A stretch of 29,319 nucleotides of DNA from Spirochaetales bacterium (GTDB lineage: Bacteria; Spirochaetota; Spirochaetia; JABEVK01). Both the position numbers and the translations under genes were made by a program. The notes under the pieces are model-generated. The model was not told the origin of the DNA. It searched no databases and saw nothing but the letters and a program-made list of their open reading frames with translations. The DNA lies in contig JBAXAI010000042.1 of assembly GCA_037142615.1 (NCBI GenBank), positions 1-29,319 of the forward strand, given 5' to 3'. Position 1 is the stretch's first letter; each line of letters opens with the position of its first letter. Of this stretch, positions 8,188 through 15,585 are shown one piece after another.

Positions 8188-9161
8188 CCGGCCACCCGCC
8201 GCTCCAGAAAGGCTTCGAGACGGGTCAGCAGCTCGGGCGTGCCATCCTCAAAACGGAAGCGCCCGACCACGGGCGCCGAGGCCAGCGTGTCGAGCGAGGC
8301 CAAGAAACGCCTGAGATCGGTTTCGAAGGTTTCGAGGGAGCCGCTGTGTCCGCGTCCCGTGGCGACGAGTTGTTGGGCGTTGAGCGTTTGTTCGGGTTGG
8401 CCGATCTGGGGCAGGGCCAGCACCGGCTTGCCCAGCGCCAGCGCTTCGGCCAGCACCTGATGACCCGCGGGACTGACGACGCCAGCGCAGTCGAGCAGCG
8501 CCTCGTCAAAGTTCTCAACCGGACTGGGGAAAACGCGGTAGCGCAAACCGGGGACAGCGCGGAGCACCGCCAGTGCGCGCGCGCGGTACGAGGTCTTGAG
8601 GTGGACGAGGAGCTCGGAGCCCGCCCGGGCGGCGCGGGCCTTGAGGGCCGGTCGTAGCAGGGGCCCTACGTCGCCGTGGAAGAACGACACCAGGATGCGC
8701 TCCGACCACGGGCCTTCGAGAAGCCGCGAGCCAACAACACCCAACCAGGCGCCACGAACTCTCACCCGGGTCAGCACGCCCGGGTGGTTAATCTGCAGAA
8801 TGGGCAGCCCGGCCAGCCAGCCCGCCCACGCCAAATGGGGTTCGTAGTCGGAAACGACCGCCTGGTAGCTTTGGCGGCGCAGCTGGCGGGCCAGTCGCCA
8901 CACCATGAGCGGAAACGCCACGAGCACGGGCAACATCGCCCGGAACGAAGCCCCCCAGCGGATGCGGTCGCCGCGGTGTTCAAAGTGCAGGCCGGGAATA
9001 CGGGTGCTCGGGCGCGGGCCGACCTTGGCAGCCAAAAACTCGACCACCGACGCGGGCAGGAACAACCCCACCTCGTGGCGCGCTTCCAGGTGGGGCAGCA
9101 GCACCGACAGCCGCGAGACGTGGCCGAAGCCCTCGCCGGCACACGAATACGCAAGCTTCAT
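8184..9161 (-). CDS. GT-B glycosyltransferase, MJ1255/VC2487-like family
   Basis: N-terminal YSCAGEGFGHVSR, VVSDYEP, C-terminal AGHQVLAEALALGKPVLALP...EQTLNA; RBS GGAGG. Confidence 0.85.
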   Translation of the reverse strand: MKLAYSCAGEGFGHVSRLSVLLPHLEARHEVGLFLPASVVEFLAAKVGPRPSTRIPGLHFEHRGDRIRWGASFRAMLPVLVAFPLMVWRLARQLRRQSYQAVVSDYEPHLAWAGWLAGLPILQINHPGVLTRVRVRGAWLGVVGSRLLEGPWSERILVSFFHGDVGPLLRPALKARAARAGSELLVHLKTSYRARALAVLRAVPGLRYRVFPSPVENFDEALLDCAGVVSPAGHQVLAEALALGKPVLALPQIGQPEQTLNAQQLVATGRGHSGSLETFETDLRRFLASLDTLASAPVVGRFRFEDGTPELLTRLEAFLERRVAG

Positions 9162-9220
9162 GGCACCTCCACGGCCGATTCTCCCGGTTCACGTCCCCGT
9201 GTCGACGTTCCTGAGGGCAC

Positions 9221-9259
9221 TTCATCGGTTTCTCACCGAGAACTGACGCAACCCGAACG
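9221..9259 (+). promoter_or_regulatory. PHO-box-like direct repeats in the divergent GT/MFS intergenic region
   Basis: TTCATC (9221), CTCACC (9232), CTGACG (9243), CGAACG (9254) at an 11-bp period; in-phase TTCACG at 9188. Confidence 0.6.
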
Positions 9260-9291
9260 AACCGCCCGGCGGGGGCGGTCACACTGCCGGA

Positions 9292-10533
9292 ATGGATGCA
9301 CACCCACCTCGAAGGCGCCGGTCGCTGGTTCTTCTGTCGCTGGGGAACTCGCTCGACAACGCCGAAGGTGGCCTGGTCAACGCCTTGTTCCCCATGATCC
9401 GCACGTCTCTGGGGTTGGGCCTCGAGACGCTGGGCCTGCTTTCGGGCGTGGCGAGGCTTTCGCGCATGCTCGCGGCGCCCGTCTGGGCGTGGCTGGGCGA
9501 CCGGATGCCGCGCAAGCTGCTGCTGTTCCTGACCACCGGGGTGTGGAGCCTGTGGACGGTGGCTGCTGCGTTCTCGACCAGTTGGGATCAGCTCTTCTGG
9601 CTCTACACGCTTGGAGCCCTGGGCACTGTCGCCGCCGAGCCGCTGGTGCAGTCCATGCTTGCCGACCTGTACCCGGACGCCGAGCGGGGCCGGGCCTTCG
9701 GGGCCTCGCGCGGGGTGGCCGCGCTCGTGCTCGTGGCCTCGACGCCGCTCGTCGGGCTCTTGACGGGAACCCCCGACGGCTGGCGCTGGGGCATGGGGCT
9801 CATGGGTGGCCTAGGCTCGATCTCGGGCCTGCTCATCTTGCTGTTTGTGCCCGAACCGCGGCGCGAGCAGGCGTCACCCGAAGCCCCGAAGGTGACCTGG
9901 GTGCAGATTCGCGCCTTGGCGCGCGTGCGCACCCTGCTGCTCATGGTCCCCTCGGTGATGCTCAATACCAGCCTGGTGCTGGTCAGCTACGTCGTCACCT
10001 TCCTCGTCGACGTGCGGGGCTTGAGCAACGCGCAGGGCACGTGGGCCATGGCCGCCACCGCGCTGGGCTTTGTGTTCAGCTCGTTCGCCGGGGGGTGGCT
10101 GGGTGACCGTTTTGAGCGGTGGTGGCCCCGACGCGGGCGCATCTGGCTGATGCAGGGCTTCTTGCTCGCGTACGCCGCCACCAGCTTTCTGGCGCTGCAG
10201 GTGGCCTGGAGCGAGGTGTGGATGACCTACGCGGCGTTTGGATTGCTGGGCCTGGTGAGCGCCATCGGGTACTCGGGCTGCGTGCTCCCCATGATCGCGC
10301 GCGTCAGTCCGCCGGCGCTTCGCACCACGGTGTACGGCGTGCTGCTGTCGTTTGTGCAGGGCGCCAGCACGGCCGTTCTCAGTGTGGCGGTGGGTTACTT
10401 CTCGGTACTGTACGGGTTTGCCACCGTGCTGCTGTGGGTCGGCAGCATACCCTACCTCGTGAACGCCGTGCTGTGGTTCGGGTTCTGGAAGCTTTACCCG
10501 TCCGAGAGCAGTTCGACGCGCGACGAGATGTAG
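9292..10533 (+). CDS. MFS transporter
   Basis: About 12 hydrophobic segments; motif A-like WLGDRMPRK and repeat GWLGDRFER; YPDAERGRAFG. Confidence 0.88.
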   Translation: MDAHPPRRRRSLVLLSLGNSLDNAEGGLVNALFPMIRTSLGLGLETLGLLSGVARLSRMLAAPVWAWLGDRMPRKLLLFLTTGVWSLWTVAAAFSTSWDQLFWLYTLGALGTVAAEPLVQSMLADLYPDAERGRAFGASRGVAALVLVASTPLVGLLTGTPDGWRWGMGLMGGLGSISGLLILLFVPEPRREQASPEAPKVTWVQIRALARVRTLLLMVPSVMLNTSLVLVSYVVTFLVDVRGLSNAQGTWAMAATALGFVFSSFAGGWLGDRFERWWPRRGRIWLMQGFLLAYAATSFLALQVAWSEVWMTYAAFGLLGLVSAIGYSGCVLPMIARVSPPALRTTVYGVLLSFVQGASTAVLSVAVGYFSVLYGFATVLLWVGSIPYLVNAVLWFGFWKLYPSESSSTRDEM

Positions 10534-11558
10534 TCCAGCGATTCCCGGCGCAGCACCGAACGGTAGGCTCCCTCACCGTGCAGGCGCGGCGGCTTCGTAC
10601 CGCGGTAGTCGCCCAGCCGGTCCGAGCGGTCCGGCGACGTCCAGCTCACCAGCCCGAGGTGGCCGCTTTTCAGTTCCAACGAAGTGAACCCGCGCTTGCC
10701 CACCGCGCAGCCGGCGTTGAACAGGCAGGGCACCAGCATGTCGCCGTACACCCGCGACACCAGCGGCTGCGCCGTCTGCTGAGCCCGCAGGTAGTCGCGT
10801 CGCAGGTTACGTACCGAGCGCCGTATCCACGCCTTGCGCCCCTCGTCGGCCGCTGGAAAGTCCCGGCAAAGGCGCTCGATCTGAATGCCCAGCGACTCCT
10901 GCTTCGACAGCGACTCGAACAGGGGGCGGTGCGTGTGCCCCATCACCGAAAGAAGCTTCTTGCCGCGCGAGAACTCGTAGATGGCCTTCTCGAGCTTGAA
11001 CTTCTTTTGCGAGTCGTGGGCCACCGACGTGTTGCCGATGCCCAGGCTGTTGGCGAACAGCCGCAGGCTCCAGCCGATGGCCTGGTTGTAGCGCCCCGAA
11101 TTGGCCACGCCCGCCTGGTGCCCGTGGAAGACGAAGATGTCTTGGCCCGGCAGCTCGAGGATGAGGCTCTCGCCGTCGAAGTGATCGGTGTAGTACGGAT
11201 CACTCTGCTTTCCGGGGAGAATCTCGTGGTTGCCGATCAACCAGATGAGCTTGCCGCGGTCCCGGAAGCGGGCAAACAGGTCGTACACGGGCTTCCACGC
11301 GCGCACGATTTCGGCGCGCGGCACCCGCAGCAGTTCCTCGATATCACCGTTCAGAATCAGCGTGAACCCGCGGGGGAGGTAGTAGTGTTCGAGCGCGTCG
11401 ACAAACAAGGCACCGTTGCGCAGAAAGTCATCCTTGCGGTCGCCGCGGCCCATGTGCAGGTCGCTGAGAATGACAAAGCGCTCGCCACGCAGCACCTTGC
11501 GTCGGGGCGACGTCTGCCAAAGCGACTCGAGCCGCTCCTGCGAGGCCCCGAAACTCAA
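10494..11558 (-). CDS. Calcineurin-like metallophosphoesterase (LpxH/PlcP-like)
   Basis: SDLH, NGDIEE, GNHE, FHGH, GHTH metal motifs; TTG start overlaps the ugd TGA. Confidence 0.82.
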   Translation of the reverse strand: MSFGASQERLESLWQTSPRRKVLRGERFVILSDLHMGRGDRKDDFLRNGALFVDALEHYYLPRGFTLILNGDIEELLRVPRAEIVRAWKPVYDLFARFRDRGKLIWLIGNHEILPGKQSDPYYTDHFDGESLILELPGQDIFVFHGHQAGVANSGRYNQAIGWSLRLFANSLGIGNTSVAHDSQKKFKLEKAIYEFSRGKKLLSVMGHTHRPLFESLSKQESLGIQIERLCRDFPAADEGRKAWIRRSVRNLRRDYLRAQQTAQPLVSRVYGDMLVPCLFNAGCAVGKRGFTSLELKSGHLGLVSWTSPDRSDRLGDYRGTKPPRLHGEGAYRSVLRRESLDYISSRVELLSDG

Positions 11559-12907
11559 ACGAGCACCTGCTCGGCAGCCAGCACGGGGGCGCCCACCTGA
11601 CGGTAGTAGAAGCCGTCGTCGGCCATGCGCTGCCGGTTGTACTGGTTACGGCCGTCGAAGATCACGGGGCGCCGCAACAGGCGGGCCATCTCGCCAAAAT
11701 CGGGGCTGCGGAACTCCTTCCATTCGGTGAGCAGCAGCAGCGCCGACCCCCCGCGGAGGGCTTCGTACTTGCTCTCGCACCAGGTGACCGCGTCGCCGAG
11801 GTCGGCCAGCAGCTCGCGCGCGCCGGCCAGGGCCTTGGGGTCGTAGGCCCGCACGTGGGCCCCGCGGGCCACCAGGTCGCGGATGACCACCAGGCTGGGG
11901 GCCTCGCGCAGGTCGTCGGTCTCGGGCTTGAAGGCCAGGCCCCACACCGCGAAGGTCAGGCCGCCCAGGTCGTCGCCAAACTCCTCGGCCACCATGCGCA
12001 CCAGCACCGACTTCTGGTTCTCGTTCACCGCAACCACGGCCTCGAGCAGCGGTGAGTGCACCTCGCAGGCCTGAGCCGTGCGGATGAGCGCTCGCAGATC
12101 TTTGGGGAAGCACGAGCCGCCAAACCCCGTGCCCGGGTACAGAAAGGAGTAGCCGATGCGCGGGTCGGAACCCACCCCGACGCGCACCAGGTTGACGTCG
12201 GCGCCCACCGCGCCGCAGATGGCCGCCACTTCGTTCATGAAGCTGATGCGGGTGGCCAGCATGGCGTTCGAGGCGTACTTGGTCATCTCCGACGACCGCA
12301 GGTCCATTTCGATGAAGCGGTCATGGCTGCGCAGAAACGGGCGGTAGAGTTCCTTCATCAGCGCCAGGGCGCGGGGATCGTCGCCGCCCAGAACCACACG
12401 GTCGGGGGTCATGAAGTCTTCGAGGGCCGCGCCCTCCTTCAGGAACTCGGGGTTGTTGACCAGGCTGACTTGGCTCACCACCCCGCGCGATTCCTGCTCG
12501 TCGCGGACCAGGGCTCCCAAGCGCTCCGTGGTGCCGATGGGCACGGTCGATTTGGTGACCAGCACCACCGGGTGTGACAGGGCAGAGCCTATGGATCGGG
12601 CCGCCGCGTAGAGGGCCGTCAGGTCGCTGCCACCGGAGGCATCGGTGGGGGTTCCTACGGTCAGGAAGATGACGCTGGCACCGGGGATGGCCGACGAGAG
12701 ATCGGTGGTAAAGGCCAGTTCGCCCGTCTCGAGGCGTTCGCGCACCAGGTCTTCCAGGCCGGGCTCGAAAATCGGTACCTGTCCGCGCCGCAGCAGCGCC
12801 ACCTTGCGCGCGTCGATATCGACGCAGGTGACCCGGTTCCCCATCCGGGCGAAGCACGCTCCCGTCACCAGGCCGACGTAGCCGGTTCCTACAATCACGA
12901 TGTTCAT
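11555..12907 (-). CDS. ugd: UDP-glucose 6-dehydrogenase
   Basis: GTGYVG Rossmann motif, TKSTVPIGT, NPEFLKEG, KYASN, GFGGSCFPKD, WGLAFKPETDDLRE; RBS AAGGGG; start at ATG 12907. Confidence 0.95.
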   Translation of the reverse strand: MNIVIVGTGYVGLVTGACFARMGNRVTCVDIDARKVALLRRGQVPIFEPGLEDLVRERLETGELAFTTDLSSAIPGASVIFLTVGTPTDASGGSDLTALYAAARSIGSALSHPVVLVTKSTVPIGTTERLGALVRDEQESRGVVSQVSLVNNPEFLKEGAALEDFMTPDRVVLGGDDPRALALMKELYRPFLRSHDRFIEMDLRSSEMTKYASNAMLATRISFMNEVAAICGAVGADVNLVRVGVGSDPRIGYSFLYPGTGFGGSCFPKDLRALIRTAQACEVHSPLLEAVVAVNENQKSVLVRMVAEEFGDDLGGLTFAVWGLAFKPETDDLREAPSLVVIRDLVARGAHVRAYDPKALAGARELLADLGDAVTWCESKYEALRGGSALLLLTEWKEFRSPDFGEMARLLRRPVIFDGRNQYNRQRMADDGFYYRQVGAPVLAAEQVLV

Positions 12908-12941
12908 GGAGTCCCCCTTGCGGGCGATTGTGGTCGGCGGA

Positions 12942-12980
12942 CGTGAGGATACCGTGTCCCAGCGATGAGAATTGGGCGAG
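12942..12980 (-). promoter_or_regulatory. PHO-box-like direct repeats upstream of ugd
   Basis: Minus strand CTCGCC-CAATT-CTCATC-GCTGG-GACACG-GTATC-CTCACG, 11-bp period. Confidence 0.55.
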
Positions 12981-13004
12981 TTCTCGCGACTTGTTCCGGC
13001 GGAA

Positions 13005-13032
13005 CTAACCAAGTTCTAACAATATTCTGTCT
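13005..13032 (+). promoter_or_regulatory. PHO-box-like direct repeats upstream of the histone-like gene
   Basis: CTAACC-AAGTT-CTAACA-ATATT-CTGTCT, 11-bp period, in an AT-rich stretch. Confidence 0.55.
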
Positions 13033-13107
13033 AAATACAAACGAAGATTGAGATTGGAAAAGATCGCGCCGCCCTAGACGCGGATGCGAAAAGACAAGGA
13101 GTACTGT

Positions 13108-13452
13108 ATGTCGAAACTGGACAAGAACCTTCAGGAAGCCAAGGCCTGGATCAAGAAGAAGGGCCCCGACTCTCCTGGCGCCGCTGCGGCCGTCCACGCT
13201 TTGGGTGCGTGGGAAGCCAAGGTGACGAAGGCCGAAGAGGCCAAGGCGAAGCTCGAGTCCGCGCGTGCAGAGCTCAAGACCGCTCGAAAAGCCCTTCTGC
13301 AGGCCGTCAAAGCCGCCAAGGACCTCAAGAAGGCCAAGCCCGCGAAGCCGGCCCCTGTGAAGGCAGCCCCCGCCAAGCCCGCCGCGCCGAAGAAGGCCGC
13401 CCCGAAGAAGGCGGCACCCAAGAAGGTTGCCCCCACCGAACCGAAGGCCTAG
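13108..13452 (+). CDS. Small basic protein with helical N-terminal part and histone H1-like PAK/PKKAA tail
   Basis: RBS AAGGAG before ATG 13108; strong AAG/GCC codon bias; tail KPAKPAPVKAAPAKPAAPKKAAPKKAAPKKVAP. Confidence 0.75.
   Translation: MSKLDKNLQEAKAWIKKKGPDSPGAAAAVHALGAWEAKVTKAEEAKAKLESARAELKTARKALLQAVKAAKDLKKAKPAKPAPVKAAPAKPAAPKKAAPKKAAPKKVAPTEPKA
13387..13431 (+). repeat. Three imperfect 15-bp coding tandem repeats (PKKAA)
   Basis: ccgaagaaggccgcc ccgaagaaggcggca cccaagaaggttgcc. Confidence 0.8.
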
Positions 13453-13991
13453 GCTCCCCGAAGTACGGTTCGGGCCCATTCGACCCAAACCCCGTCCACT
13501 TCGCGAAACAACGCAACGTGGTCGAGGGTCCACTGGGCCGAAGGGACGTCCACTCCCGCCAGCTGCCGCTCAAGGACGAGGAGCTGTTCGGGGGTCAGGT
13601 CGTGGTACGCCAGCGACACGTGTGGCTCGAAGGGTGCCTGCGGGCCCTTTTGCCACGCGGAGAACTCTAGCAGATGCCGGTGAACCCTCTCGAGGCCCGC
13701 CGACAGGGGAACGCGCCAGCCGGCCATGCCTCGGCGGGGTTCGCCGTAGGTGACGAAAAAGAGCCCATCGGTGGCCACAGAACAGGGCTGGCCTTTCCTG
13801 GCGTGCTCCAGAAACCGTTCGGCGACAGACTCTGCCTGGTCGTCCGGGCACACCAGCCCGGTTCGCAGCGTGAGGTGGGCCGGGTAGCGCAAGGCCTCGA
13901 ACGTCCCTAGGTTCCGGTTCCAGGTTTGCCGAAAAGCCTCCAGCGGGGCCCGCTGCGCCTCGGGTGGCACTGTGATGACGATGAACCTCAT
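13449..13991 (-). CDS. 2H phosphoesterase (2'-5' RNA ligase / cyclic phosphodiesterase fold)
   Basis: Two HxT/S motifs, PAHLTL and FEPHVSL; 180 aa; ATG 13991 overlaps the IMPase TGA; RBS GGAGG; it is the C-terminal part of ORF 13449..14702. Confidence 0.85.
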   Translation of the reverse strand: MRFIVITVPPEAQRAPLEAFRQTWNRNLGTFEALRYPAHLTLRTGLVCPDDQAESVAERFLEHARKGQPCSVATDGLFFVTYGEPRRGMAGWRVPLSAGLERVHRHLLEFSAWQKGPQAPFEPHVSLAYHDLTPEQLLVLERQLAGVDVPSAQWTLDHVALFREVDGVWVEWARTVLRGA

Positions 13992-14779
13992 GTCCAGGCC
14001 TCCACGAGCGAGGGAAAGGCGCCGCGGCCGGCGGCCAGCACGTGGTCGCCACCCTCGGCGCTCACGGAATGGTAATGGCCACCGGCCTCGAGGACAAGGT
14101 GGGCGCCCGCGGCGACGTCCCACGGCTGCAACGAACGCTGGGCGTGACCGACCAGCGACCCCTGGGCCACGTAGGCCAGATCGAGCGCTGCCGCTCCGTG
14201 GGAGCGCGTCTTGCGCGCCGACGATCCGATGCGTTCCAGAAAGCCCCGCATGTAGTGCTGATCGTCGGATCGCGAGCCCCGGCTGTGCGACAGAATGCCG
14301 CGGGCTAGTCCCTCCTCCGAAACGTGAAGGCGCCGTGCCCCGCACCAGGCTCCCTGGCCGTCGAGCGCCGAGAAGACTTGGCCGAGCAGGGGCGCCGCCA
14401 CGACCGAAGCCACCGGTCGGCCATAGCGCCACAGCGGATGCGTGCTTGCCGCGGTCCGGTGGTAGCAGGCCACCGACACACAGAACCACGGAAGGCGGTG
14501 ATGGTAGTTCACCGTGCCGTCCAACGGGTCTACGATCCACAGCCATTCGGCCTGGCCGTCGTCGGGCGGGCCGTCCTCTTCGAGGATTCCCTCCCCAGGA
14601 AACGAGCGCGACAGCGTGGCACGGATGAGATCTCCCGCTTCGCGGTCGGCCGTCAGGCTGAGGTCGTAGGTGCCCTTGAGCGTCACCTCGTGCTCGCTCC
14701 ACAGGGCGTTCTTCAGGTACTCCGCAGCGTGTCCTGCGGCCTCTTTCGCCGTGTGGAGCCGACGCTCAGGATCGGTCAA
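13988..14779 (-). CDS. Inositol monophosphatase (SuhB/FIG superfamily) sugar phosphatase
   Basis: TADREA, ILEE, WIVDPLDGTVNY, GAAALDLAYVAQG, QPWDVAAG; TTG start overlaps the phnE TGA. Confidence 0.9.
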   Translation of the reverse strand: MTDPERRLHTAKEAAGHAAEYLKNALWSEHEVTLKGTYDLSLTADREAGDLIRATLSRSFPGEGILEEDGPPDDGQAEWLWIVDPLDGTVNYHHRLPWFCVSVACYHRTAASTHPLWRYGRPVASVVAAPLLGQVFSALDGQGAWCGARRLHVSEEGLARGILSHSRGSRSDDQHYMRGFLERIGSSARKTRSHGAAALDLAYVAQGSLVGHAQRSLQPWDVAAGAHLVLEAGGHYHSVSAEGGDHVLAAGRGAFPSLVEAWT

Positions 14780-15585
14780 CTCCGGACTCCCGCGGAGTCG
14801 CGCAGGCGGGTGGCTCCCCATTCCAAGGCCACTGCAGTGGCCAGGATGCCCCAGGTCAGCATGCCCACCTCATGCAGGTTGAAGTAGAAGCCCGAGGCCA
14901 TAAACAGGTCAAATCCCACACCGCCGGCGCCCGCGGCCGCGCCCATGGCGACAGCGGTAACGAAGTTGATCTCGAACCGCAAGAAGGTCCACGACGTCAG
15001 GGCGGCCAGCGACGAGGGGAGGACGGCCTGGGTGACAATGGCCAGCCAGTCGGCCCCCGAGGCCTTGAGGGCCTCGAGAGTGCCGTCGTCGAGTTCTTCA
15101 AAGGACTCCGAGAACGCCTTGAGAAGGTAACCGAACGAGTGAAAGGTCATGCCCACGACGGCGGCGACGCTTCCGAGACCGGCACCGATGGCGAAAATGA
15201 GGACCCACAAGACGGTGGGAACCGCGCGCACGAAGGCGACGAAGGCCCGCAAGACCCAACCCAACCAGGCCGGTCCCAGGTTGCGCGCGGCGAAGAGCCC
15301 CAGGACGAGGGCCGGAAGCGCCCCGAGCACGGTGGTCAGAAGGCCGAGAGCCAAGGTGAACCCGAGGCCTTGCAACATCTCTGGCAGGGTGAAGTGTTCG
15401 GCGCCCGGCGTGAGGAACAGGATACCCAGGTCGTGACCGACCTTGGCGAAGGCCGCACCGAGGTCGAGGCCCCTGAGGCTGAGGACGAAGAACCCGGCCA
15501 CGGTCACCGAAAGCAGCACCGTGAGCGTGGCTCCCAAGGCCCAGGTATCGGCACCCCAGCGGCGCACCCGGATGCGGGGGCTCAC
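14776..15585 (-). CDS. phnE: Phosphonate ABC transporter permease (second copy)
   Basis: RAVPTVLWVLIF, EAA loop EALKASGA, TFLRFEIN, GAGGVG; GTG start overlaps the upstream TGA. Confidence 0.9.
   Translation of the reverse strand: MSPRIRVRRWGADTWALGATLTVLLSVTVAGFFVLSLRGLDLGAAFAKVGHDLGILFLTPGAEHFTLPEMLQGLGFTLALGLLTTVLGALPALVLGLFAARNLGPAWLGWVLRAFVAFVRAVPTVLWVLIFAIGAGLGSVAAVVGMTFHSFGYLLKAFSESFEELDDGTLEALKASGADWLAIVTQAVLPSSLAALTSWTFLRFEINFVTAVAMGAAAGAGGVGFDLFMASGFYFNLHEVGMLTWGILATAVALEWGATRLRDSAGVRS

Noticed and set aside
10494-11558. lpxH (lipid A synthesis)
   Set aside because: No lpx neighbours, GNHE instead of GNRD, extra insertion, and P-starvation context; symbol withheld.
13330-13440. Short repeats as a CRISPR array or mobile-element end
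   Set aside because: They are in-frame coding repeats of a Lys/Ala/Pro tail; no spacers, cas genes or transposase.
13449-13991. 2H protein as an RNA-repair ligase or anti-CBASS nuclease
   Set aside because: No phage, defence or RNA-repair context; it is coupled to the phn operon.
13449-14702. Apparent 417-aa protein, and long N-terminal extensions on phnE, phnL, phnK, phnH, phnG and the permease ORFs
   Set aside because: The extensions overlap upstream genes in another frame; RBS positions and stop/start overlaps give shorter true starts. These are not fusions.
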